Part shown: positions 27,176 to 37,486 of the stretch, piece by piece | Numbering within the stretch: the stretch's first letter is position 1 | Layout: each line of letters opens with the position of its first letter | Source: an uncultured Actinomycetes bacterium | Lineage (GTDB): Bacteria; Actinomycetota; Thermoleophilia; RBG-16-64-13 | Length of the DNA stretch: 64,000 nt | NCBI GenBank assembly: GCA_963718375.1 | Contig: CAVQZD010000004.1 | Coordinates: 258,243-322,242, forward strand | Reading direction: 5' to 3' | Translations under genes and position numbers: made by a program | The notes under the pieces: model-generated | What the model was told of the DNA's origin: nothing | Seen by the model: only the letters and a program-made list of their open reading frames with translations | Database searches by the model: none

Positions 27176-27889
27176 GAGCCGATACTACACCAGCGCAGCA
27201 CGGCAGTCGACAGAACCGGCCCCACCTTGTACGATGCGCGAATGGCTGATGACACCCAAGAGAGTCAAGACCCGCCGGCACAGCCGGCGGTGCAGCGCAG
27301 CATCGACAAGCTGGTCGGCAAGACCCTTCTCTGGGCCTTCCCCAGTTGGGTCAGACCGAACCACCTCACGATCCTGAGACTCCTGTTCATCCCCGTCATC
27401 CTGGTGTTGCTCTATTTTGAGCACCGCGGCTGGGCTCTCTTGGTGTTCGTGGTCGCCGTGTTCACGGACCTTATCGATGGAGCCATGGCCCGCGGGCGGG
27501 ACCAGACCACCTCCTTCGGCACATATGTCGATCCGCTCGCGGACAAACTGCTGGTCGCGGCAGTCCTAGCCTGGGTAGGATGGCAGTACCTGGTTGTGGA
27601 CATCTTCCTGGGCTTCATCGCTCTCGAGCTGATCCTCATGGCCATAGGCGTGCCCATGTTGTTGCGAGCGAACGAGACGCAACCATCGAACTTCTTCGGA
27701 AAGGGCAAGATGATCATCCAAAGTCTGGCCCTCTTCTTGTTCCTTCTAGCAGGGATCCTCGGCTGGGAGCCCCTGACCGAGATATCGCTCTACCTGCTCT
27801 GGGTCGCTCTGGCATTGGCCGCGGCAAGTGGGGCTAAGCAGATCTTGGACATCGCCAAGAAGCGGAGGACACGCCCCCAGGCCGACTGA
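27167..27889 (+). CDS. CDP-alcohol phosphatidyltransferase family protein
   Basis: CDP-OH_P_transf motif DLIDGAMARGRDQTTSFGTYVDPLADK and multiple TM segments. Start more likely MADDTQ at 27242; divergent from tagD. Confidence 0.75.
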   Translation: MAHEPILHQRSTAVDRTGPTLYDARMADDTQESQDPPAQPAVQRSIDKLVGKTLLWAFPSWVRPNHLTILRLLFIPVILVLLYFEHRGWALLVFVVAVFTDLIDGAMARGRDQTTSFGTYVDPLADKLLVAAVLAWVGWQYLVVDIFLGFIALELILMAIGVPMLLRANETQPSNFFGKGKMIIQSLALFLFLLAGILGWEPLTEISLYLLWVALALAAASGAKQILDIAKKRRTRPQAD

Positions 27890-28082
27890 GCGCCCCGGCT
27901 GTCTGGGTAGCGCGCGTATACCGGCCCAAGACTCACCCTGAAACGCCGGCCCGCAGACCAACTTTCGTCGGTTGCATCGGGCGGTGAGGATGCGGTACTA
28001 TGCCGCTCGGTCCGGCGGCGCGACTTGATTCACACGTTCGAGTTCGCGACGTGCTGTATGTTGCGAGCGAACTGGAGATCAG

Positions 28083-29390
28083 GTGGAGCAAGAGATCGGC
28101 TATCAGTTGGGCTACTGGACCCTTGCGCCGTTCGCCCTCATGCTGCTCTCCATCGCGCTGCTTCCCCTGGTGGCCGGACACTGGTTCGAAAGCAACCGGC
28201 ACAAGGCGTACGTCGCCCTCATTCTGGGCGTGCCTACCATCGTCTATCTGGTGGTGGCCTTCGGGCAGGAAGGGTTCGATCTCGCCTGGAACAGCGCCAA
28301 GGAGTACATCCAGTTCATAGTGCTCCTCTTTGCCCTCTTCACCATCTCGGGGGGCATCCACGTGACGGGCAACTCGGTCGCGACTCCGCGCCACAACCTC
28401 ACCTACCTGGGGCTGGGTGCCATCCTGGCCAACCTCATCGGCACTATGGGAGCCTCGATGGTGCTCATCCGTCCGGTGCTAAGAGCCAACTCCGAGCGCA
28501 AGTACGCCAAGCACACCGTGATCTTCTTCATCTTCGCAGTCAGCAACTGCGGCGGACTGCTCACCCCCTTGGGCGACCCACCGCTGTTCTTGGGGTTCCT
28601 GCGCGGGGTCCCCTTTGGCTGGACCCTGCAGCTTTGGCCGCAATGGTTGGTGACGGTCGGGTTGGTGCTTCTCGTGTACGCGATCTGGGAGTTCTACGTC
28701 TACTACCGAAAAGAGCCCCGCGAAGCTCTGGAAATGGACGAGGAAGATTTCGTTCCTGTGCGAGTCAAGGGCCTTCTGAACATCATCCCCTTGGCGTTGG
28801 CGGTCGTGGCCGTGCTCTTCTCCAAGCCGCTGACTGCCTGGGGAGAGGCGATCCACTTTCCTTTCATACGCGAAGTGATCCTAGTGGGCCTGGCGCTCTT
28901 GTCCCATAAGAGAGGACCACGAGGCCCACGTGAGGCCAACTCTTTCTGCTGGCCGCCTTTCATCGAGGTGGCAGTCCTCTTCGCCGGCATCTTCGCCACT
29001 ATGGCGCCGGCGTTGGCCCTGCTTGAGGCTCATGGCTCTGAACTGGGCTTCACCGAGCCCTGGCAGTACTTCTGGGTGACAGGCGGGCTGTCATCCTTCC
29101 TCGACAACGCTCCCACCTATCTGACTTTCGCCTCGGTCGCACAGGGCCAAGTGGGCGCGTCTACGGTAGGGGCTCTGTCCTCGCTGGCCCCTCACTTGCT
29201 GGCCGCCATCTCGTGCGGGGCGGTCTTCATGGGCGCCAACAGCTACATAGGCAATGCTCCCAACTTCACCGTCAAGTGCATCGCCGAGAGCTCCGGCATC
29301 AAGATGCCTTCGTTCTTCGGCTACATGGCCTACGCCAGCGCGGTGCTCGTGCCCATCTACCTACTGGTCACGCTGATCTTCTTCCTCTAG
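28083..29390 (+). CDS. Polytopic membrane transporter (ArsB/NhaD-like ion transporter superfamily, putative)
   Basis: 435 aa, ~11 TM segments. Family call is tentative. Confidence 0.5.
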   Translation: MEQEIGYQLGYWTLAPFALMLLSIALLPLVAGHWFESNRHKAYVALILGVPTIVYLVVAFGQEGFDLAWNSAKEYIQFIVLLFALFTISGGIHVTGNSVATPRHNLTYLGLGAILANLIGTMGASMVLIRPVLRANSERKYAKHTVIFFIFAVSNCGGLLTPLGDPPLFLGFLRGVPFGWTLQLWPQWLVTVGLVLLVYAIWEFYVYYRKEPREALEMDEEDFVPVRVKGLLNIIPLALAVVAVLFSKPLTAWGEAIHFPFIREVILVGLALLSHKRGPRGPREANSFCWPPFIEVAVLFAGIFATMAPALALLEAHGSELGFTEPWQYFWVTGGLSSFLDNAPTYLTFASVAQGQVGASTVGALSSLAPHLLAAISCGAVFMGANSYIGNAPNFTVKCIAESSGIKMPSFFGYMAYASAVLVPIYLLVTLIFFL

Positions 29391-29516
29391 GCTTTGTGGG
29401 GCCGCGGTCCCTTTGACTCCGCGGCCGCGAACGCCTAGCATGGGGATGGTTCAAGAGGCGCGGAGCGACCGCCCCGTGCGCGATCATGCGGAAGGCCATC
29501 AACGAAGGGAGAGCAC

Positions 29517-30434
29517 GTGAGCTCATGGGGAACAATCGGCATCACTGTAGCGAGCGTCATCGTGGCCGCGTACATCCTGGCCGGCATCAGGATCGTACGT
29601 CCGACACACCGTGGTCTGGTAGAGGTCTTCGGAAAGTACTGGCGGTACGCTAATCCGGGTTTCCACTGGATCCTCCCCATAATCATGAAGATGTACCGCG
29701 TGGATATCCGCGAGATGCTGGTGGAAGCGCAACCCCAGATGATCATCACCAACGACAACCTGAACGCCCGCGTGGACGCGCAGGTGTATCTGAAGGTCAA
29801 GGCCGACGAGGCCAACGTCAAGTCCTCGCAGTACAACGTCTACAACTACGAGATGCAGATCGTGAACCTGGCCCGCACGACCCTGCGTAACATCATCGGC
29901 ACGCTCACCCTCAAGTCGGCCAACAGCGAGCGCGGCAAGATCAACGAGGAGCTCCGCAACACCCTGCTCTCCGAGACCGCCAGCTGGGGCATCGAGATCC
30001 TGCGCACCGAGCTCAAAGAGATCGACCCGCCCGAGGACGTCCAGATAACCATGAACAAGGTGGTCAAGGCCGAGAACGAGAAGGTCGCGGCCGTGGACTT
30101 TGCCACCGCCACTGAGACCCAGGCCGACGGCCAACGCCGCGCCGCCGTCAAGCAGGCGGACGGCAGCAAGCAGGCCAAGATACTCGAAGCCGAGGGCGAG
30201 GCGGAGTACATCAGACTGGTCAATGAAGCCGCGGACAAGTACTTCGTCGGCAACGCCCAGGTGTTGCGCAAGCTGGAGGCCATGGAACGTTCGCTGAGTC
30301 AGAACGCCAAGGTGGTCGTGCCGGGTGACTCCCAACTGGTCAACGTGATCGGAGATCTGGCCGGCCTCACCCCGATGCCCATCGACACCTCAAAGCCATC
30401 GAAGCCCAGCACCTCAAGTCCTCGGATGACCTAA
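29517..30434 (+). CDS. SPFH/band-7 (stomatin/prohibitin-like) membrane protein
   Basis: N-terminal TM helix, SPFH core (RIVRPTHRGLVEVFGKYWRYANPGFHW...), coiled-coil and Ser/Pro-rich tail. Confidence 0.8.
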   Translation: MSSWGTIGITVASVIVAAYILAGIRIVRPTHRGLVEVFGKYWRYANPGFHWILPIIMKMYRVDIREMLVEAQPQMIITNDNLNARVDAQVYLKVKADEANVKSSQYNVYNYEMQIVNLARTTLRNIIGTLTLKSANSERGKINEELRNTLLSETASWGIEILRTELKEIDPPEDVQITMNKVVKAENEKVAAVDFATATETQADGQRRAAVKQADGSKQAKILEAEGEAEYIRLVNEAADKYFVGNAQVLRKLEAMERSLSQNAKVVVPGDSQLVNVIGDLAGLTPMPIDTSKPSKPSTSSPRMT

Positions 30435-30491
30435 GAGCGACGAGTCGCCGTCCTCTGAGGCGGCTGTAGGTGCAGACGTAGCTGAAGAAGC

Positions 30492-31769
30492 GTGGCGCCC
30501 TCCCACTCGGGAGGGCGCCACAGTTTTGATGTATGGTTTCTGGAGTCGGTAGCGCTATTCATGGGAGCAGGCAAGATCGCCGAAAAAGACAAATCGCCAA
30601 CGGGACCTGTCCCAGACAGGACGCCCCCTGCCGACGCCGAGGAACCCCCCAGCGGAGGCGCGCCGTCGGCCTCAGGCCGCGACGCGCGCACGGGCAACCT
30701 CCGCGACAACCCGCGCCAGCTCCTTATCACTCTCGGCTGGCTGGTGGTGGTGGTTTTCGGGCTGCGCTACGCGGCCGGCCTTCTTAGCCCGATCCTTGTG
30801 GCCCTGTTCGTGGTCATGGGGCTGAGTCCCGTTCTGGAGTGGATGCGAGGCAAAGGGGTGCCGGGTTGGCTCACCATCACCATAGTGCTTATCGGCTTCC
30901 TCGGCCTCATGGCCGCTCTCATAGGCATCCTGGCCTCGTACGCGAGTGATTTCACCGCCCGTCTAGACGACTACCAGCAGAAGATGGATCAGATGGTCAT
31001 CGACATACAGGACTGGTTCGCCGGTCATGGCGTCGACGCGAGCGGCTTCTTCAAGGAGTACGTCAACGTGGGGAGGATCACGGACTCAGTCTCCAGCCTG
31101 GTGGGCTCGGTGGTCGACGCCTTCAACAACGTCATCCTCATGGTCATGATAGTCCTCTTCATGCTGGCGCAGATCTACTCGTTCCCCCGCAAGGTCTACT
31201 CGCGCCTAGACCTGTCAGGTCGATTCGAGACCAGCTTCAGGGAGTTCGGGGAGGTAACACGCTCCTACCTCTTCACCAAGGGCTGGCTCGCTCTCATAGC
31301 TGCTGTCCTAAGCACCGGCATCTACTACGCCTTCGGAGTGGATTTTGCCCTGCTGTGGGGCATCGTCTTCTTTGTTCTGAGCTTCATTCCCACCTTCGGG
31401 TTCGTCCTTTCGCTGATACCACCGTTCGCCGTCACCCTACTTGAGTACGGCATCACCAGGGCGGCATTGGTGGTAGGCGTGGTGGTCGCGATGAACACAG
31501 TCGTAGACAACGTCATCGCTCCGCGGTTCATGAGCAGGAGTGTGGGGCTCAGCACCCTCGCCGTCTTCCTGTCGCTCGTCGTGTGGGCCTGGATACTCGG
31601 CCCTGTCGGGGCCCTGATCTCTGTCCCCCTCACCCTCATGGTGAAGCTTCTCGTGTTCGACTCTTACGAGAGCACGCGCTTCATCTCGCTATTCCTGACC
31701 GGGGGTAGGGATATGGACACCGCCGCCGACAGAAAGCGAAAAAAGAAATCCCGCAGAGGCAAGAGCTAG
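30492..31769 (+). CDS. AI-2E family transporter (PerM/UPF0118)
   Basis: 8 TM segments; conserved C-terminal region (NVIAPRFMSRSVGLSTLAVFLSLVVWAWILGPVGALISVPLT). The true start is probably internal. Confidence 0.7.
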   Translation: MAPSHSGGRHSFDVWFLESVALFMGAGKIAEKDKSPTGPVPDRTPPADAEEPPSGGAPSASGRDARTGNLRDNPRQLLITLGWLVVVVFGLRYAAGLLSPILVALFVVMGLSPVLEWMRGKGVPGWLTITIVLIGFLGLMAALIGILASYASDFTARLDDYQQKMDQMVIDIQDWFAGHGVDASGFFKEYVNVGRITDSVSSLVGSVVDAFNNVILMVMIVLFMLAQIYSFPRKVYSRLDLSGRFETSFREFGEVTRSYLFTKGWLALIAAVLSTGIYYAFGVDFALLWGIVFFVLSFIPTFGFVLSLIPPFAVTLLEYGITRAALVVGVVVAMNTVVDNVIAPRFMSRSVGLSTLAVFLSLVVWAWILGPVGALISVPLTLMVKLLVFDSYESTRFISLFLTGGRDMDTAADRKRKKKSRRGKS

Positions 31770-31778
31770 CGCAGCCGC

Positions 31779-33629
31779 TCACTTGATCTGTATGGCGTCT
31801 ATTCGTTTGCCTCTGGTGCCGATCACTATCGTGTTGCCATAGACGGCCGGCGTCGCCTCGATGATGCTGCCTATCTCAGTCGTGTTGAGCGAGGCCGCGA
31901 CTTCACCCGTCGTACCGTCCAGGAGAAAGACCATACCTGCACTATCGCAGATGATGATGTACGACTTGCCTTCCGCGGTATACACCGCGACTGGGGAACT
32001 CCACGCGTAGTTGGCCATCGCGAAGCGCCACACCTCGTGACCTGTGCTCTTGTCCAGAGCGACCAACAGACCAGGGGCTACGCTGGGAGTACCTGCTACC
32101 GGGAAGATGACCAGGTTCGCGATGTCCCCCCTACCCACGACGCCGGTGCCCTGCACGCCGCCACTCACCCCTGCTCTGGACATACATGGATACGCAGTGG
32201 TTGAGGTCCACACTTTGTCGCCTGTGGACGCGTCTATCTTGTATATGGAGATCTCGCCCTTAGCGGGCTCGTCTCCTGAGCCGGTGATATGCAGCGACGG
32301 CGCCACGTATATGTAGGCCTTGCCTTCCGCTATCGACTCCTCGAACACAGGCGAGGCGTTGGTATCGTCCTGGATGTCCTGCACCCAGACCGGCTTCATG
32401 CTGTTGAGGTCTATGCACATCAACCGGCCGCCGTTGTCGGGGACGTAGAGATAGTTGTGCCAAGCTGAGGGCGAGCCCTCCATGCCGTACCAGCGGTTGG
32501 TCGGCGAGTTGTCAGGTTCGGGACCATCACCGTAGTCTGGAGCCGTGTAGCGGAATTTGATGGCGGGGTCTGGATCTATCGACAGCGACCCGGTCTCCGG
32601 GTCCCACTGAGTGTTCAGCTTGAGGGTATAGAGCAGACCGTTCTCTCCTGGCTCTATCAGCGTGTCGGTCTCGACATCGATCAGGGCGCTCGCATCGAAG
32701 GCCTGCCACGCCTTGCGGTAGGCCTGTGGGTCGTTGGTGCCGAAGGTGTAGAGCAACTCCTGATCCACCAAGCTGTAGATGCGGTACTTCACCACACCTT
32801 CGGGCTGGCTGGGCGGGAGCGCGTCCCCTTGACCGACGAAGAGGAGCGGGATGCCACTCGGATAGAGGCTGGCCGTCCCCTTGATGGCCCCTCCCCCGGT
32901 AGGGATGACCGGCCTGGTGGCTGTGCCGTCCCTCAGGTCCAGGAAGTAGATCTTGCCGTCCAGACACGGGTAGATGACCTCGACCAGCTCCGGGTCGTTC
33001 TTCTTCTCCAGGTACAGGTTCATCTTCTGTTTGACCGCGTCAGGCCACTTGACGATGAGCGGTTGCCCAGTCCAGCCGCTGCCCGTCCAGACTCCGCCCT
33101 CGCTTCGCTCTACCGAACCCGTGGTCACCTGCCACAGCATCTCCAGTTCTTCTGTGACCACATCGACGGTGCCGTAGCTGCCGCCGTCACGGTAGTTGTT
33201 ACCTCTGAAGGTGGTGACGCCTTCGAGGTCGGTGTAGTCCTTTCCCGGACCGAAAGAGATAGGATCGGAGCGCGAGTAGGAGGCGAGGCGAGTGGTGTCC
33301 CGGAATATGTCGGTGGTAAGGCTGAACGCCGCGGGAGTGGTGGACGCCGCCGGCGCGACCGTCATCTCCAGTACGGGTTCAGTGGTGGTGGTGGACTCGG
33401 GCGTGGGCGGAACGTTTCGAAAAGCGACCGCCCGGACCACCAGCACGGTGGTCAGGATGAACGCGCAGAATAGCGCCACGGCCGCCAGTCTACGGAGGAG
33501 TATCTTGCGCCTCTTCCTCCGACGGCGCTCACTGTCGTAGCTGTGAAGATACTTGGGCAACTGGTCTTCGTGCATTCTCACCGCTCCGTTGCATGGGCCC
33601 GCTCCGCGGCGGGTCCTCACGCAAGACAT
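31779..33629 (-). CDS. PQQ-repeat beta-propeller protein, membrane-anchored/secreted
   Basis: N-terminal TM anchor after an Arg/Lys-rich segment, then multiple WxxG-type beta-propeller repeats. Convergent with the AI-2E gene. Confidence 0.55.
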   Translation of the reverse strand: MSCVRTRRGAGPCNGAVRMHEDQLPKYLHSYDSERRRRKRRKILLRRLAAVALFCAFILTTVLVVRAVAFRNVPPTPESTTTTEPVLEMTVAPAASTTPAAFSLTTDIFRDTTRLASYSRSDPISFGPGKDYTDLEGVTTFRGNNYRDGGSYGTVDVVTEELEMLWQVTTGSVERSEGGVWTGSGWTGQPLIVKWPDAVKQKMNLYLEKKNDPELVEVIYPCLDGKIYFLDLRDGTATRPVIPTGGGAIKGTASLYPSGIPLLFVGQGDALPPSQPEGVVKYRIYSLVDQELLYTFGTNDPQAYRKAWQAFDASALIDVETDTLIEPGENGLLYTLKLNTQWDPETGSLSIDPDPAIKFRYTAPDYGDGPEPDNSPTNRWYGMEGSPSAWHNYLYVPDNGGRLMCIDLNSMKPVWVQDIQDDTNASPVFEESIAEGKAYIYVAPSLHITGSGDEPAKGEISIYKIDASTGDKVWTSTTAYPCMSRAGVSGGVQGTGVVGRGDIANLVIFPVAGTPSVAPGLLVALDKSTGHEVWRFAMANYAWSSPVAVYTAEGKSYIIICDSAGMVFLLDGTTGEVAASLNTTEIGSIIEATPAVYGNTIVIGTRGKRIDAIQIK

Positions 33630-33804
33630 TTCGTCGGGGTATGTTACCAGCAGACCGCGGTGCTGCTCACAGCGAGTGCGCAGGCATCGGGTCTCCCACT
33701 TGCCCCAAGGTCGACGGAGCCTGCACTTGCGTCAATCGACTCTCAAGCCCTAACATTACGCATTACATGAATCATTCAGATAGTGAAGCCGCGAAACCGG
33801 CCCG

Positions 33805-35076
33805 ATGATCGACACTCCGCGCAACTACTGGAAGACCCCGGCCGGTCGCGGCTTCGTCATGCTCGCCGCCATGCAGGTGGCGGTGGGTGTGGCCAACAGC
33901 CTGACCAACGGCGTCATCACCAACTACTTCGAGAACGTCCTCCAGTTCGACGGGCCCCAGTTCGGCTACATGACTGCCATCCGCGAGATGGGGGGACTCC
34001 TTCTCATCTTCTTGATGGCCCTCCTCTACCGGGTGTCTCTGCAATGGGTCACGGCAGGCGCTCTGATCCTGATGGCGATCGGCTACGGGTTCATGGGCTC
34101 TGCGGACAGCTTCGTCGCCGTCATCCCCTGGATGCTTCTGAGCAGTTTCGGCATGCACACCGTCCTGCAGACCCAGTATTCACTAGGTATGAGCCTGACT
34201 ACTCAGGATAGGCTGGGAGGTGTCTTGGGGAGGCTCACCGCCTTCGGACAGGCCGGATATCTGGGCGCACTCGTCCTCTTGTTCCTGATTTTCCATTTCG
34301 GTCTTATGTCCTACGAATACACGTTCATGGTCGCCGGCCTCTTCGCGCTGGTGGCCGCGCTGGCCATATTCCGCTTTCCACACCTGCACGAGGGCGAATT
34401 GCGCCATGTGCCCCCCAAGCGCGAACGGCTGGTCTGGCGCAAGGACTACCATTACTACTACTGGCTGAATCTGCTCGACGGAGCGCGCCAGCAGATCTTC
34501 TTCTCCTTCGGACTGTGGGTCTTGGTCGACCGCTTCGAACTCAGCGTATCCGAGCTCTCCATCGTGCTCTTCGTCTCGACCCTAGGTACCGTCCTGTGCT
34601 CTTCATACGTGGGCAAGATGATCGACCGGGTGGGCGAGCGCAAGGTTCTCCAGTTCATCAACATCGGTTACATCTTCGCGCTAGGCGGCTACGCGCTCGC
34701 AAACAGCGTCTATCTGGCCTGCGTGTTCTACGTACTTTATTCGTTCGTCGCCATCTTCTCCGGCATCGGCGCGAGCGTGTATCTTCGCAAGATCGCCGTA
34801 CCCGCGGACATCGCTCCTACCCTTGCCATGGGTGTGACCATCCTCCATGCGACTGCAGTCATAGTGCCTGTGGCGGCGGGCGTGATACTGAACTTCGTCG
34901 GCTATCAGATACCCTTCTTCATCGCCTGCGGCATCGCACTCATCGCCGTCTTCGTGACCCGACGTCTAGACCCTGAAAACCAGCGCACGGCGGCGAGGGT
35001 CGCTCTGGATTCAGCCCACGCCACACCAGACACCGACACAGACCTCGCCGTCGTCGACTCGCAGACCGCGCTCTGA
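33805..35076 (+). CDS. MFS transporter
   Basis: 423 aa, 12 predicted TM segments. Confidence 0.65.
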   Translation: MIDTPRNYWKTPAGRGFVMLAAMQVAVGVANSLTNGVITNYFENVLQFDGPQFGYMTAIREMGGLLLIFLMALLYRVSLQWVTAGALILMAIGYGFMGSADSFVAVIPWMLLSSFGMHTVLQTQYSLGMSLTTQDRLGGVLGRLTAFGQAGYLGALVLLFLIFHFGLMSYEYTFMVAGLFALVAALAIFRFPHLHEGELRHVPPKRERLVWRKDYHYYYWLNLLDGARQQIFFSFGLWVLVDRFELSVSELSIVLFVSTLGTVLCSSYVGKMIDRVGERKVLQFINIGYIFALGGYALANSVYLACVFYVLYSFVAIFSGIGASVYLRKIAVPADIAPTLAMGVTILHATAVIVPVAAGVILNFVGYQIPFFIACGIALIAVFVTRRLDPENQRTAARVALDSAHATPDTDTDLAVVDSQTAL

Positions 35077-35130
35077 GGTGCTAACCTCGGGTGCCTCGGA
35101 AGCCCACTCCCGGAGATCTTAGGAGAGACG

Positions 35131-36612
35131 ATGGACCATCGTGAGGTCGCAGACGGCCGTGGGACCGAGAAGGGTGAAGGCGCCCCAAGATCCACCCAAC
35201 GACCGATATCGGTGTTGGCCCCCGCCCTGAACGTGGCAGACACCATCGCACCCCTGGTATCCATGCTGAGGTCCAGCGACCTGGTGACCGAAGTCGTAGT
35301 GGTGGACGATGGCTCTATCGACGGCACCCCGCGGGTCGCGAAGCAGGCGGGTGCCCTAGTCGTCATGAGCACGCTTCTCGGCAAAGGCGCCTCGCTGGTC
35401 GACGGCTTGAGGAACGTGAGCGGCGAGATAGTGCTCTTCGTAGATGGTGACCTGACGAACCTCGATCCGGACCTCGTGGAGCGTATGACCCGCCCCATCC
35501 TCGAGGGACGGGCCGACATGGTCAAAGCCAAGTTCACCCGCGACCCCGGCCGAGTCACGCTGCTCACCGCCCGCCCCCTCCTCAGCTCCTTCTTTCCAGA
35601 GCTCGCGCGCTTCCACCAGCCGCTGAGTGGCATCGTCGCAGCCCGGCGCGCGCTCCTGCACAATCTTCGGTTTGAGAACGACTACGGCGTGGACGTGGGC
35701 ATGCTGATAGACGCCTCCATGAAGCATGCTCACATCGTCGAAGTGGACGTCGGCCACATAAGTGACAAGGACCAATCTCTCGCCGAACTGGGAGAGATGG
35801 CGACTCAGATAGCCAGAGTGATATTGGATCGTGCGTGGCGGTACGATCGCTTCACCATAAACGCCGTGCGCGAGATGGAGGAGGTGGAGCGGAGGGCAAG
35901 AGCTCTGCTGCTCCCTTCTGCGGAAACCGAGCACCCCAAGTTCGCACTGCTCTGCATGGACGGAGTCCTCTTGGACGGTCGGTTCGTGGTCGAGTTGGCC
36001 GAACGGGTGGGCGCAGGCTGGGAACTGTCCCGTTTCTTGGACAACGACGCTCTCTCAGATGAAGAACGCACCACAGCCATCGCCGCCATCTTTGCCGGAG
36101 TGAATCTGGAGACGTTCGAGGACACAGCGCGGGCGATCCCCCTATCCCCTGGAGCCGTGCAGACGGTGGTCGCCCTGAGGAGCGCCGGCTACCGAGTGGG
36201 CATCGTGACCGATAGTTTCGACGTGGCGGCCGAGATAGTCCGCCGGCGCGTCTTCGCCGACTTCAGGGTGGCCCACCTTATGAGGTTCCATCACGGCGTG
36301 GCGACCGGCCAAGTGACACTCTCCCCCGCGATGTGCGCGCCTGAAGGCTGCCCGGAACATGCCTGCTGTAAGTCCCATGCCGTCAGCCAGCTACAGAAGT
36401 CAGCCGGGCTTGACCCAGAGCAGACTGTGGCCGTCGGGGACACCGAACGCGACATCTGCCTGTTGCGAGCGGTGGGTACTCCGATAGCCTTCCGACCGAA
36501 ATCGGCTACCGTCGCCGAGGCCGCGCGCCACACCGTGACCGAGTCACTCACCGAAGTTCTGGCTCTTCTCGGCATCGACAGCGGCAACGAGGCCGACGAG
36601 TGTACCGCTTAG
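35131..36612 (+). CDS. Glycosyl-3-phosphoglycerate synthase-like GT (GT2/GT81-like) fused to C-terminal HAD-like phosphatase domain
   Basis: N-terminal GT domain (VVDDGSIDGT; DxD at VDGDL) similar to GpgS/MpgS. C-terminal ~200 aa with HAD motifs II-IV (VGIVTDSFD; K; GDTERD) but a degenerate motif I (LLCMDGVLLDG). Resembles bifunctional MgsD-type enzymes. Confidence 0.65.
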   Translation: MDHREVADGRGTEKGEGAPRSTQRPISVLAPALNVADTIAPLVSMLRSSDLVTEVVVVDDGSIDGTPRVAKQAGALVVMSTLLGKGASLVDGLRNVSGEIVLFVDGDLTNLDPDLVERMTRPILEGRADMVKAKFTRDPGRVTLLTARPLLSSFFPELARFHQPLSGIVAARRALLHNLRFENDYGVDVGMLIDASMKHAHIVEVDVGHISDKDQSLAELGEMATQIARVILDRAWRYDRFTINAVREMEEVERRARALLLPSAETEHPKFALLCMDGVLLDGRFVVELAERVGAGWELSRFLDNDALSDEERTTAIAAIFAGVNLETFEDTARAIPLSPGAVQTVVALRSAGYRVGIVTDSFDVAAEIVRRRVFADFRVAHLMRFHHGVATGQVTLSPAMCAPEGCPEHACCKSHAVSQLQKSAGLDPEQTVAVGDTERDICLLRAVGTPIAFRPKSATVAEAARHTVTESLTEVLALLGIDSGNEADECTA

Positions 36613-36634
36613 GCCGAAGCCACCCGCGGTCGGG

Positions 36635-37384
36635 TCACTTCTGGGCCAGGGCGTAGACCGACTCGTAGTCGCGCCATTCGAAGTCTAGCGAGGGGTCGAA
36701 CTCGCGCAAGCGTGCATCCTTGAAGCCCGCCGCCTGGAGCACCTTGATCAGATTGTCTTCATCGAACATGTATTGATGAGCAGCGTGCTTGAGCACGATG
36801 AAGTTCACCTCGTCCATATAGGCGATGTAGTTCACCACATCTATCGCCGTCGTATCGTTCCAGGCGGGTTCGTACTTTATCCAAGTGCTGTAGTCGAGTG
36901 GCTCCTTCTTGCAGTACGCCTCCAGGTAGGGCCGTGCACTAGGCACGGCGACGGAGATGGTGCCCCCGGGCTTCAAGACCCTCAAGCACTCCTTGAGATG
37001 CTGCTGCCCCTGCCTGAAGGTCAGGTGCTCCAAGAAGTGAGAGCTATAGATCTTCTTCACAGAGTCGTCGGGAAAGGGGAGGCGACGCCTCAGGTCCCAG
37101 TAGAAGTCACAGCCAGGTGACATGTCCAGTATGAGCCAGCCGTTCTCGCCCTTGCGGGCGCCTCCGCCGACTTCGATCCACAGCTCTTCATCTCGACCCA
37201 CAAGGCGACGCACCGCTCTCTGCGTGCGCCTTAGCCGCCTTTCATCCCCGTGGGTCATCCGAAAGCCCCGATAGGCGCCTCGCAGCCCGGCCAACAGGGC
37301 CGGCCTGGTCAGCTTCTCGGGATAGGCTGGTTGCTGCTGCAAGGTCTGGCCTCCGACTGACTGCCGCATTTGTGCTCGCGTCAT
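36635..37384 (-). CDS. Class I SAM-dependent methyltransferase
   Basis: Start taken at MTRAQMRQ (37384). The longer 369-aa track ORF overlaps pntAA on the opposite strand. Carries an LKPGGTISVAVP post-motif II region. Confidence 0.5.
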   Translation of the reverse strand: MTRAQMRQSVGGQTLQQQPAYPEKLTRPALLAGLRGAYRGFRMTHGDERRLRRTQRAVRRLVGRDEELWIEVGGGARKGENGWLILDMSPGCDFYWDLRRRLPFPDDSVKKIYSSHFLEHLTFRQGQQHLKECLRVLKPGGTISVAVPSARPYLEAYCKKEPLDYSTWIKYEPAWNDTTAIDVVNYIAYMDEVNFIVLKHAAHQYMFDEDNLIKVLQAAGFKDARLREFDPSLDFEWRDYESVYALAQK

Positions 37385-37486
37385 GTTACCGCAGCAGCCG
37401 CCGCGAATCGTTACGTTCAGCAGACTCGCGGGTAACATACCTCGGACAACAGAGCACGCCATGCGAAGGAAGGAGCGGTACAGGGA

